Positions 26,215 to 38,964 of a stretch of DNA of 64,000 nt are shown here, one piece after another. Below the pieces are notes generated by a model, which saw only the letters and a program-made list of their open reading frames with translations, was not told where the DNA came from and did not search any database. Every line of letters begins with the position of its first letter. Position 1 is the first letter of the stretch. Source of the stretch: Octopus sinensis. Lineage: Eukaryota. The stretch is from positions 20,274,001 through 20,338,000 of the forward strand of contig NC_042998.1 in assembly GCF_006345805.1 (NCBI RefSeq). The letters are read 5' to 3'. A program made the position numbers and the translations under genes.

Positions 26215-26288
26215 GTAGTAGTGGTGGTGGTGGTTGTGGTGGTGGTGGCTGTGGTGGTGGTGGTGGTGGTGGTGGTGGTGGTAGTAGT

Positions 26289-26329
<41 letters not shown>

Positions 26330-26528
26330 GGTGACGGTGGTGGTAGTTGTAGTAGAAGTAGTAGTAGTAGTAGTAGTAATAGTAGTAGTAGCAGTGGTAG
26401 TAGTGGTGGTCGTGGTAGTAGTAGTAGTAGTGGTGGTCGTGGTGGTGGTTGTAGTAGTAGTATCAGCAGTAGTAGTAGTAGTAGTGGTGGTGGTGGTGGT
26501 GGTGGTGGTGGCAGTTGTAGTGGTGGTG

Positions 26529-26571
<43 letters not shown>

Positions 26572-26759
26572 CGGTGGTAGTAATGGTGGTGGTAGTTGTA
26601 GTAGAAGTAGTAGTAGTAGTAGTAGTAATAGTAGTAGTAGCAGTGGTAGTAGTGGTGGTCGTGGTAGTAGTAGTAGTAGTGGTGGTCGTGGTCGTGGTAG
26701 TAGTAGTAGTAGTAGTGGTGGCGGTGCTGGTGGTGGTGGTGGTGGTGGAGGTGGTAGTA

Positions 26760-26793
<34 letters not shown>

Positions 26794-26800
26794 CAGTAAG
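26215..26800. repeat. (GTA)n/(GGT)n compound microsatellite with a 249-bp internal duplication
   Basis: agtagaagtag...gtaatag...gtggtcgtgg block at 26351 and 26600. Confidence 0.9.
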
Positions 26801-27152
26801 ATAAAGATGCACGGAAATTTCCTTTGCTATAAAACTAGCGGCAGTATCTAATACTTAATATCTCAAGCAATATAGATAACATTAAAAGGACAATGAGAAC
26901 ACATAGCGTTGCTTTTGGTTTTGTTTTTGCTTTTGTTTTCTATAATCTCAGCAACATTGTTGATGTGTATGTGAATGAGAAATCAAGGATAAACTTGATC
27001 GATGGCAACACGAACATTAGATTCATAATCTACGATGCACAGATTGAAAGTTTGTAAGTGAGACGACTATTTAACCGAGATTTTAGACATAAACTAATAG
27101 AGCTACAAAACCATTTCGCAGTCTAAACTTATAGGCTATATATTTAAACTGT

Positions 27153-27505
27153 GAAGGCGCGTGGCTCAGTGGTTAGAGCGTCGAGCTTACGATCGTGAGG
27201 TTGTGAGCTCGAATCCCGGACCGGGCTGCGTGTTGTGTTCTCGAGCAAGACACTTTATTTCACGTTGCTCCAGTTCACTCAGCTGTATGAAATGAGTTGC
27301 GACGTCACGGGTGCCAAGCTGTATCGGCCCTTGCCTTTCCCTTGGATAACATCGGTGACGTGGAGAGGGGAGGCCGGTATGCATGGGTGACTGCTGGTCT
27401 TCCATAAAAAAAAAATTTAAAAAAACAACCTTGCCCAGACTTGTGCCTCAGAGGGTAACTCTCTAGGTGCAAACCCATGGTCACTGTCTGACCGAAGGGG
27501 GTCAA
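27153..27505 (+). mobile_element. tRNA/CORE SINE family C
   Basis: A-box tggctcagtggttag, B-box-like gagctcgaatccc, CORE-like ctcgagcaagacactttatttcacgttgctccagttcactcagctgta. Confidence 0.8.
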
Positions 27506-27718
27506 ACAAATATATTTAAACTATGCACACAAGCAAACACAGATTGCCATGAAGTCGCTGGCAAACATACTCTAAACATATTCCTGCCCACAAACGTGCT
27601 GTCTCTTGATCTCTGCCGTTTCTATCTATGTTACCGTAACCTTTCTCCATCATAAGATGGTTAGCCTTTTACCATTTCTGCTCAGGCACTAGCAACTCAC
27701 TTATTTCTTTTATTCTGG

Positions 27719-28130
27719 GGCGGCGAGCTGGCAGAAACGTTAGCACGCCGGGCGAAATGCGTAGTCGTATTTCGTCTGCCGTTACGTTCTGAGTTCAAAT
27801 TCCGTCGAGGTCGACTTTGCTTTCATCCTCTCGGGGTCGATTAAATAAGTACAAATTACGCACTGGGAACGATATAATCGACTTAATCCCTTTGTCTGTC
27901 CTTGTTTGTCCTCTCTGTTTAGCCCCTTGTGTGTAGTAAAGAAATAAGTATTTCGTCTGCCGTTACGTAATGGGTTCAAATTCCGCCGAGGTTTACTTCG
28001 CCTTTCATCCTTTCGGGGTCGATTAAATAATTACCAGTTATGCATTGGGGTCGATGTAATCGAGTTAATCCCTTTGTCCGTCATTGTTTATCCCCTCTAT
28101 GTTTAGCCCCCTGTGGGCAATAAAGAAATA
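27719..28130 (+). mobile_element. SINE family A dimer
   Basis: Head plus two units; junction gaaata|agtatttcg. Confidence 0.85.
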
Positions 28131-30209
28131 TATATTTATCTTCTTCTTATCACCTATATTGAGAGCCCAACCTTACAGGTCTCGCACGAACTATCATATC
28201 TAGCCTTCATTCCCACCAAATTGTTCTCCCTACGAATTCCCGTCTTGTACACGCTTTTTCTACGGTTATCTATTTCAGGAGGAACGTTAATACATTACAG
28301 GCTCTCCAAGATCAGCTGGAGGGGAGCTTTAAAGTCTGTGGACACAATACACCAACACCAAAGTAACAACAATGCTTATATTGATATCGCTGGAATTTTA
28401 ACTATCTCCATCACTCCTTCTTCCCTAACTACTCACACGCATCCATTTCATACGCACACTCACACACACATACACACACAAAAGGTGCACACACACACAT
28501 ATATCCACACTCATGAACATAATTCCTTAGGTGCCAGATCGACATAAACGCAACTGCCAACACGCTCTCCTCTGCCACAAACTGCTTTTTCTCCATTAGT
28601 GATAAACATATTTTTTTGTCATCCAATTAATCCGTTTCTCCCCTTTTCTTCCTATCAGTCCTGTAAAAGAAAAATTGTTGCTAACGATGCTAACACTTTT
28701 TTCCTTGACAACATAATACATTTTCCTGGTTCTCTTTTATGTATTTTGTTATTTCTAAATGAGATAAAATACCCAGTTAGACAGTTTAGATACCGAGAAG
28801 AAGTTATCTAATCCAGCGGTTTCCGATTTTTTCACCACTTGCTCTGATAAATATCTTAGCTATCATTTGCTTCTCTATGCTCTGTCTGTGTCCTTGCGTT
28901 CGGTTGTGTTCGTGGCTGCATATTTCCATGTGTTCATGTGTTCATGTGGTTTACCTTAGTGTAAAAGCATGTTCTGTTTTTGTTTCACATTACGAAATTA
29001 TCTGTCGGGGTTAATGAGTACAATGTTATACGAAAACAGCCAACACTAAAATAATTATTTCCACAATAGTCTTGGATATCATTTTTGTAATTAAATTTCA
29101 TTTTTTTATTTTGTCCTAATGTGTTGTTGTTGTTGTCATTGTGGTTGTTGATGTTGTTGTTGGCGGCGGCGGCGGCAGAGGCGGTGGCGGCGGTGGTGGT
29201 GGCGGTGGTGGTGGTGGATGTACTGGGATTCATGTTGTCATGATGTGTTCTATTTTCTTATTAATTTTAGTGAATAAATGTTACTTATGAGACAAATGTA
29301 TTACCGGGCAGATTATTATCTCCGTTCCAAAGAAATACAAAGAACAAAAAGAAAAAAAAACAGTAATAAAGAAAAAAAAGATAAAATAAGAAATACAAAA
29401 AAAAATACTAAAAAGAAATAATAAATTTCCAAAGACAGAAACCCATTCCTTACAGTAACTTTTATTTCTGCCTATTGCTGTCTGTTCACAGATCTTATCT
29501 ATGTTAGACCATTTAATACAATAGAAATATAACAAATCTTTCATTAACATATCCAGTAATTACAGACCGATCTTTGCGACCAGATGTCATATTTTATTGT
29601 ATATGCTTTACGCTTTATTTCTTAATTATTATTGTTGTTTGTGGAGGAGTTTTAATATTGTATATTTATATATTTTTAGAACGTATTATTTTGTTTCAAA
29701 TTCCTTTTCGGATATATTATCTCTTTGTTATATTGTTGCATTTGTTTTACTAATTTTTCTTTCTCTTTTTTTTTAACTTTCCTTTTGTAATATTTATTTA
29801 TCTATTTTTCTCACGTTTCTCTGTTTCATTTGTTATTTATTTCTTTATTACTGTGTGTATTCGTTTATTATATTATCTTCGCTTTCCATTGCACTGCAAC
29901 TAAGTCGTAATAATGTAATTACGGTACGCATATATCTCTAATGGCGTTTTAATGTCGGCTTCAGATCTGGACGAACTTCCAAACGCACGCATACAAACAG
30001 ATATACAGACAAAGAGAAATAACGAAAGAGAGATAGAGAGAGAAATAAGTAGGAGTAAAAACAAACAGAAATTAAATAAAAAATAATAGCTAAAAAGGAC
30101 AAATAAAATTAAAATAGCTATTATTAAGATATCTACTTGAACCATCTAACTGTTACTGGATTTAGTTTGGCGGCATCTTAGATCAAAGGGTTATGTAGAT
30201 GGGTACGTG

Positions 30210-30518
30210 GCGTGAATACACATACATACATACATACATACATACATACATACATACATACATACATACATACATACATACATGCACGCATACATACACG
30301 CATACATACATACATACATACATACACGCATACATACATACATACATACACACATACATGCACGCATACATACACGCATACATACATACATACATACATA
30401 CATACATACATACATACATACATACATACATACATACACGCATACATACATACATACATACATACATACATACATACATACATACATACGTACAAACATA
30501 CATACATACATACATACA

Positions 30519-30552
<34 letters not shown>

Positions 30553-30598
30553 CACGCATACATACATACATACATACATACATACACGCATACATACA

Positions 30599-30632
<34 letters not shown>

Positions 30633-30765
30633 CATACATACACGCATACATACATACATACATACATACATACATACATACATACACGCATACATACATA
30701 CATACATATATATATATATATACATATACACATACCCATTCATACATTCATACATATATTTGTTG

Positions 30766-30838
<73 letters not shown>

Positions 30839-30840
30839 TA
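30210..30840. repeat. (CATA)n followed by (TG)n microsatellites
   Basis: Read directly; source of the YIHT and VCMY ORFs. Confidence 0.95.
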
Positions 30841-31281
30841 TCGTAGAGTATATCATATATGCAATGGAAGAGAATAAGATATTGAGAGAGAGAAGCAAAG
30901 AATTGCCAAAGTCTTTAGAACAGTGAATCGAATGCTTCATTGCTCTCTGTACTTTGAGTTCACATCCCGTCGAGATCAACCTCAACTTTAATCTTTACGG
31001 GGCCCTTAAATAAAGTACTAGTTAATTCCTGAAATTGGATTCTTCTTCGCATTCTCCCCCAACAATTTTCATACGTTGATTCTTGTATGAAAATACCTTG
31101 ACGAGTAAATAGTGGATACATAGAAAGTCATTTCGTCAATCTCATCGTACAATGGACGAATGTTAATGCTGATATTAATATATGTGTGTGTGGTGTGTGT
31201 GTGTGTGTGTGTGTGTGCACGTATGCATATATACGTACATATATATTTATGTGTGTATGTGTATATAAATGTAGATAGATG

Positions 31282-31336
<55 letters not shown>

Positions 31337-31468
31337 GTGTGTATGTATATATATATATATATATATAACCATTAGGAACTTTTTTTAAAGTTCTATATAT
31401 ATATATATATAAACAAAAAGGCAAGCAACAGGTTGCTTAGCCACATACCTGTTGCTTGCCTTTTTGTT

Positions 31469-31501
<33 letters not shown>

Positions 31502-31518
31502 GCATATATATATATATA

Positions 31519-31559
<41 letters not shown>

Positions 31560-31613
31560 TATATACATATGTATATATATACATATATATACATATATAT
31601 ATATATAATATAC

Positions 31614-31644
<31 letters not shown>

Positions 31645-31704
31645 CACATACATACATACATACATACATACATACATACATACATACATACATACAAACA
31701 TATA

Positions 31705-31916
31705 TAAATACACACGGGGGTGGGTACTGGCTTTTGTGAAAGGCTTGTTTAGAAGCCAAACCTTCCGAGTTCTTTTACGGGGCTTAGAAAAACTGAAGGG
31801 CTGCTGCAATAAGTTTATGAATCTGAGCAGGGAATATGTTGAGTAAAATCATAAGTAACTGATCCACTTGTACTTTCTTTTAACCAAAGCCGGGAACTTT
31901 TCAATACCCTCTCGTA
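31705..31916 (-). mobile_element. Mariner-derived MITE, same family as 25385
   Basis: Ends gggaacttttcaataccctctcgta, the reverse complement of the 25385 start. Confidence 0.7.
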
Positions 31917-31919
31917 TAT

Positions 31920-31981
<62 letters not shown>

Positions 31982-32842
31982 CCATACATATATGCATACA
32001 TACATACATACATACATACATACATACTACATACATACATACATTGGATATTGTCGGTTGGGATAGAGGGGCAAATGTATGTACCGTCAGAGAGTTCAGC
32101 TGCCCTGCAGATAAAAATATCTCTTCGAAAATCAAAGAAAAAGAGGCGACTGTTTGGAAACGTCCATTGTCTATATCCAGACTATGAATTTATATTCATA
32201 CCAATAATAATTGGAGCGCAAGTTTTGTTAGTACATACATACGTACAAACATACATACATACATACATACATACATACATACATACATACATACATACAT
32301 ACATACATACATACATACATACATTCATTCATACATACATACATACATACATACATACATACATACATACATTCATACATATATACATACATACATACAT
32401 ACATTCATACATACATACATACATTCATTCATACATACATACATACATACATGCATTCATACATACATACATACAAACACACATACACACATTCATACGT
32501 ACATACATACATACATACATACATACATACATACGTAGGTACGTACGTACATATGTATGTACATACGAATGTATGTCTCTATATGTATGTATGTATGTAT
32601 GTATGTATATGTGTGCGTCTATATATGTGAGAATATATACGTATGTATGCATGCAACAAGTTTTAACTGAATAGACAAAATATAGTTAAATGTATGTGTT
32701 TCTAAAGAAGAGAATAAAAGTATGGCGGCCAATGCAGGCGTTTCACATTGATAGAAATCAGTAGATGAGTCACACGTGCAAACAGCTTCGAGGCATCAAT
32801 GGTGGGACCAAAGAGCTGAGACGTGAGGAATAGCATTTTCAA

Positions 32843-33290
32843 AGAAGAAGAAGAAGAAGAAGAAGAAGAAGAAGAAGAAGAAGCAGAAGGAGGAGGAGGA
32901 GGAGGAGGAGGAGAAGAAGAAGAAGACGAAGGAGAAGAAGAAGAAGAAGACGAAGAAGGAGGAGGAGGAGGAGAAGAAGTAGAGGAAGAAGAAAAAAAGA
33001 AGACGAAGAAGGAGGAGGAGGAGAAGAAAAAGAAGAAGACGAATGAGGAAGGAGGAGAAGGAGAAGAAAGAAGAAGAAGAAGAACGAATGAGAGGAGAAG
33101 AAGAAGAAGAAGAAGAAGAAGAAGAAGAAGAAGAAGAGAAGAAGAGAAGAAGAAGAGAGAAGAGAAAAAAGAAGAGGAGACGAAGAAGAAGAGAAGAAGA
33201 AGAAGAGAAGAAGAGGAGAAGAGAAGAAGAAGAAGAAGAAGAAGAAGAAGAAGAAGAAGAAGAAGAAAAAGAAGACGAAGAAGAAAAAGT
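32843..33290. repeat. (GAA/GGA)n purine-rich tract, about 450 bp
   Basis: Almost entirely A and G on the + strand. Confidence 0.95.
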
Positions 33291-33619
33291 AGCATTATAA
33301 AGACAATAGAAATGTCTGCAAGAGGGTTGTAATTAATCTGTAATAAAAAGCACGGGAAATATAAAAAAACTTATATGCAATCAAGTTTAAATGTGACAAA
33401 GTAAGAGTTTTTATTGGAGAAGTTAAATATACATGTGGATGTGTGAATAATTTAACAGTTTATTAAGTCCTATAATTTGGTTAAGAATATATTCTTTAGC
33501 ATCAGGTAGTATTTGCTTGTCAAGAAATTCCTTGCGGAATTTTTAATTTTGGTTTTAAATGATGTATTTTCAAATTAATTTTCGTTAAATTCCTTTGACT
33601 TTATATGTCATATATCATT

Positions 33620-34780
33620 TTAAAGCCCGTTTTTCGCTGTATCTAATCGTGTTACTCTTTTTTCTTTTTGAATAATTAGGCCATTTTTCCTGGAACGTTG
33701 AATACAACATGAACAAAAAGCAAATTCGCACACTTTTCTTATTCCAGTTCAAGCTAGGTCGAAAAGCTGCTGAAACAGCTCGCGATATCAACGATGCGTT
33801 TGGCCCAGGAACCACTAATGAACGTACAGCACAATAGTGGTTCAAGAAATTTCGTAGCAGTGACGAGAGTCTTGAAGATGATAAGCATAGTGGTCGGCCA
33901 TTGAATGTTGATAACGATCAACTAAGAGTCTTAGTCGAAACCAAACCACACGCAATTGTTCGAGAGCTTGCTTCTGAATTAGCTGTAATGTATACGACAA
34001 TTTCCAATCACTTGAAAGAGATTAGAAAAAGAAAAGTACTTGAGAAATGGGTGCCGCACGAATTGAACGACAACCAAAAAAAAATGCCGTTTTGAAGTGT
34101 CGTCTTCCCTTCTTTTACGCAACAAAAACGACCCGCTTCTCGACCGGATTGTGACGCGATGAAAAGTGGATTCTTTACGACAACCGTCGACGCTCAGCTC
34201 AGTGGTTGGACGCCGATGAAGCTCCACGGCACTTCCCATAGCCAAAGTTGCCCAAAAAAATGTCATGGTGTCTGTTTGGTGGTCTGCGGCCGGTCTCATC
34301 CATCACAGCTTTTTGGATACAGGCGAAACCATTACGGCGGAGAAATGTTGTAAGCAAATGGATGAAATGCATAAGAAACTCCGACAACAACAGCCAACAT
34401 TGGTCAAGAGAAAAGGACCAATTCTTCTCCACGACAACGCTCAGCGGCACGTCGCACAACTGACCCTGCAAAAGTTAAACGGATTGGGCTACGAAATTCT
34501 GCCTCACCGCCATACTCACCAGATCTCTCGCCTACCGACTGCCACTTTTTCAAGCATCTCGATAACTTCCTGCGTGAGAAATGCTTCAAAAACCAAGACG
34601 ATGCTAATCACGCTTTGAACAACTTCATCACCACTAGAACGCAAGATTTTTACGCTACTAGCCTAAATAAACTTGTTTCGCGTTGGCAAAAGTGTGTTGA
34701 TTCTGATGGTGTTTATTTCGATTACTAAAGTTTTGTTTGAGCCGAGATATGTGCATCTGAATTTAAAGGTTAATTACTAA
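33620..34780 (+). mobile_element. Decayed mariner transposon
   Basis: From ATG 33709: MNKKQIRTLFLFQFKLGRKAAETARDINDAFG..WFKKF..SGRP..KWVPHEL; later DEKWI, LLHDNA, SPDLSPTDCHFF. Stops and frameshifts present; TIRs not resolved. Confidence 0.92.
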
Positions 34781-35693
34781 GATCTGAGAAAAAGCAATAT
34801 AGTTAAAAGCTGATCACTTTTAGCGTAGTTTCTATAGTGCTTTTTACTTTTTTTCTCTCATTCAGGTGTAAAAATTCATGTTATTAAAAAGAAAAATTTA
34901 CATTTTTTTAAAAGATAACAGATTGTGTTTTTTTTTAATTAGTATTTCAATAGAATTAAATTAACTATGTATCCTATATCAAATCCGCACACATGTGTTG
35001 GTCAAATCCGAACACTTATGGCTTGATAGTGGTTTGCCTAACCTGAATTTTTCCCTCTATTTTTCATACCTGTCGAACGTCTCAGGCTCGACTTGAGCAC
35101 ACCGAAGCAATCTATATATTTCGTAAGAAAAATATAAATATATATTATATATATATAAGAATTTTTTGCGTAATAAGATAAAAAAAACCAAGGCTGTATA
35201 GATATTAGAGCATTTCTTATATACACATGCTAACATAGAACCAAGGTTGAACCCTTTATTCGCAATATTACCGAATCTGGAACTTAACTATAGTCTGTCT
35301 GTAGCACTTATTCAGCATTACCTGACACCTTTGGCTCTCAATAACACCATTATCTCTTATAACTTGAACTATATATATATATTATATATATATATATATT
35401 ATATATATAATTAATTAATAAGGGTGAGAGAATTAGATACTAATTTAATAGTATATTTATTCCACACCAAGTGGTCTAGTGCTACGAGAAACCTGGATTA
35501 TTATAATATTTTATAACATATTATAATATTTTCACAAAATAAATATAAGAGAGTGGTCACTATATTGATCACTCTAGCACCAGTTAATCCAAAAGGTTTC
35601 AACCACGAAAATACATGTTTCCCATGAAAGCCAAGTACGACTGTTAGCTCACACGGACAGGGCAAATAAAAAATAACAAAAATACAGATTATT

Positions 35694-35769
35694 TTGGGAC
35701 AATTGTTTCGCTATTAATGAATTAAATGTAATATTACTTACAATAATCCATTTGTAGCTCGTCAGCCAA
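35694..35769 (-). ncRNA. Type I hammerhead ribozyme motif, copy 1
   Basis: ttgg CTGACGA gcta [41 nt] tagc GAAA caatt GTC ccaa; predicted cleavage between 35698 and 35697. Confidence 0.8.
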
Positions 35770-36225
35770 GACTATCTGGATGAAATCCACTCAATCACAC
35801 GCCAGATTTTACCATAACGATAATACGCGTGTGGTTCAATTGATTACATCCGACGTTATAATTCAAATGCCCCAACCAACAGCGCGCCAAACTCTCACGG
35901 AAACAAATACAGCATTTAGAAATAAATGCAGCATAATTATAATTAATTAATAAGGGTGAGAGAATTAGATATTAATTTAATAGTATATTTATTCCACACC
36001 AAGTGGCCTAGTGCTACGAGAAACCTGGATTATTATAATATTTTATAACATATTATAATATTTTCACAAAATAAATATAAGAGAGTGGTCACTATATTGA
36101 TCACTCTAGCACCAGTTAATCCAAAAGGTTTCAACCACGAAAATACATGTTTCCCATGAAAGCCAAGTACGACTGTTAGCTCACACGGACAGGGCAAATA
36201 AAAAATAACAAAAATACAGATTATT

Positions 36226-36300
36226 TTGGGACAATTGTTTCGCTATTATGAATTAAATGTAATATTACTTACAATAATCCATTTGTAGCTCGTCAGCCAA
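36226..36300 (-). ncRNA. Type I hammerhead ribozyme motif, copy 2
   Basis: Same motif with a 1-nt deletion in the stem II loop. Confidence 0.8.
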
Positions 36301-36757
36301 GACTATCTGGATGAAATCCACTCAATCACACGCCAGATTTTACCATAACGATAAATACGCGTGTGGTTCAATTGATTACATCCGACGTTATAATTCAAAT
36401 GCCCCAACCAACAGCGCGCCAAACTCTCACGGAAACAAATACAGCATTTAGAAATAAATGCAGCATAATTATAATTAATTAATAAGGGTGAGAGAATTAG
36501 ATACTAATTTAATAGTATATTTATTCCACACCAAGTGGCCTAGTGCTACGAGAAACCTGGATTATTATAATATTTTATAACATATTATAATATTTTCACA
36601 AAATAAATATAAGAGAGTGGTCACTATATTGATCACTCTAGCACCAGTTAATCCAAAAGGTTTCAACCACGAAAATACATGTTTCCCATGAAAGCCAAGT
36701 ACGACTGTTAGCTCACACGGACAGGGCAAATAAAAAATAACAAAAATACAGATTATT

Positions 36758-36833
36758 TTGGGACAATTGTTTCGCTATTAATGAATTAAATGTAATATTA
36801 CTTACAATAATCCATTTGTAGCTCGTCAGCCAA
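36758..36833 (-). ncRNA. Type I hammerhead ribozyme motif, copy 3
   Basis: Same motif as copy 1. Confidence 0.8.
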
Positions 36834-37103
36834 GACTATCTGGATGAAATCCACTCAATCACACGCCAGATTTTACCATAACGATAAATACGCGTGTGGT
36901 TCAATTGATTACATCCGACGTTATAATTCAAATGCCCCAACCAACAGCGCGCCATTATATATATATTTATATATATATATATATATTTAAGTAGGTGAAT
37001 GAATTATCCTATGTTATCGTCAGCATGGAAAATTCGCTGACTTCGAAACATGTGTCGAGAGTAAAGGAATTTTGTTAACATCTTCGTTCGACTCCATTCT
37101 TTC

Positions 37104-37153
<50 letters not shown>

Positions 37154-37316
37154 ATATTCTATAATTAAAGCTGACCCCTAATTATAATTGTGTTTATAAT
37201 TATAGAATATTTGTACAATTTCACCTAAAAAAGGATATTTTAACGTACCGATCTACTTGGTAAAATTATTAATTAATTAATTAATTGATTAATTAACTAA
37301 TTTTACTCTTTTATTA

Positions 37317-37353
<37 letters not shown>

Positions 37354-38224
37354 AATAATCAAACTATGTCAGTGTCTTTATTTTCATACATGGAAACAGC
37401 AAGTTAACTTTAGTTGTTGAAGAAATACATAGAATAATTCCAACCGTGATAACTAGTTAAAACAAAGATGAAATTGGTCACCTTTAAGTAGATATCTTGT
37501 GAGGAAGCTCTAAATATAAATTCGTGATAAGATTAATACAGATAAGCAACTTTGTACGCTAGTATAGGAGGAGAAAGAGGCGAGGTAGATGGTGATAGAT
37601 GGAAGCAGATACATCGAATACATTTTGGTTGCTACTTTTACGTTTACCGAAGTAATACACTCATGTTATGCACATATAACTTTAAAGCAGAGACGTGTCA
37701 CCTAGGTAGGCCAGGTAGGCCAGGTAGGCAGTGCCTATCTTGAATAAAACAGATCGATAGATATCTTGAATAAAATAGATTGATTGAATAAAATAGATCG
37801 ATATTTTCCTTTTATGGAAAATATGCACCTAATTCAATAAAATTATGAAGGTTGTTCTGATTACTATGCATAAAATGCCATAATTCGCCCTTCCTTTCAA
37901 TCTCAGTATTAAAGCTACGCATAGTACTGCTGTCTTCTTCTTGTCAGGACTCACGCCATTAGCCAGAAAGAATAATTTCTAATTGGAGCCTACTCTAAGC
38001 TACTAAGAATGCGTGTGGCAAATTGAAGATCCACCCACCACACGCGATAGACTGGCGGTGACACGGGCCCGAATGCTACGTCGTTATCCTCATTCCGTAA
38101 ACGGTGGCTTTTAACACGTGGAGAGCTGAAACATCCTGAAATACAGATAATTCGCAATCTAGACTAGGGTCTGAAAGTTTACCACACCATAGTGGGTTAC
38201 ACCATCGTTCCTCTGCTTTGTGGC

Positions 38225-38418
38225 AGAAGTAGGAAGAAAGAGTGAGAGAAAGTTGTGGTGAAAGAGTACAGCGGGGTTTACACCCCTCCCCGCTGGAGCC
38301 TCGTGGATCTTAGGTGTTTTTGCTCAATAAACACTCATAACGCCAGGTCTGGGAATCGAAACTGCGTTCTTACGACCGCAAGTCCACTGCCCTAACCACT
38401 GGGCCATTGCGCCTCCAC
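38225..38418 (-). mobile_element. tRNA SINE family D, 5' part
   Basis: Head gtggaggcgcaatggcccagtggttagggcag, as in 42085-42470. Confidence 0.8.
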
Positions 38419-38964
38419 ATATCACTGCTGTAGTAGATGTGCTGCGTACATTTCTACAACAACGTTTTCTTTACGAGCTACAAAGGCAGAAATTGATTGC
38501 CTTCAACTCAGTCGCGCGCCTGTGTTTCGCTTATTGGTTGCGTGTTTTACTACATAATGGTCACCAACTGCCAAGCCGGAGTAATTACTGACGGCCCGTG
38601 TCTGCTTTAAAGGAGCTGCAAAGCATACGACGTTAAATCTGCATTGCCACTGCTTTATTATTTCAGTTATATGAACTAATGAACATTAAGTCAATTTAAT
38701 GAACTATTCTACAATGTATTCCGACTCTTTTATTGAATAGTGAACTAATTCTGTTTTGGTTAAAATATCTTATTGTTTGGAAAGCGATCTAACATTAACA
38801 AAATTTGTAAAATTAAAATAAATTGTTTCTAAAGGTATTCGGTATAATGGAAGACAAAACAAATAACACTTTCAAGTAAGTAAATATTTTATAAAATATG
38901 TTTAATGAAAAATTTATGTATACATTTATTTATACCTTTATATATATACATAAAAATTTATGTA

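Larger units (their letters stand above)
35408..36953 (-). repeat. Tandem array of a 532-bp unit (about 2.9 copies) between (TA)n tracts
   Basis: gggtgagagaattag anchor at 35422, 35954 and 36486; copies differ by a few substitutions and 1-bp indels. Confidence 0.95.

Noticed and set aside
27153-27230. tRNA-like sequences (also at 23.9-24.2, 38.4, 42.4 and 49.3 kb)
   Set aside because: A and B boxes are present but no acceptor stem closes, and they run into SINE bodies.
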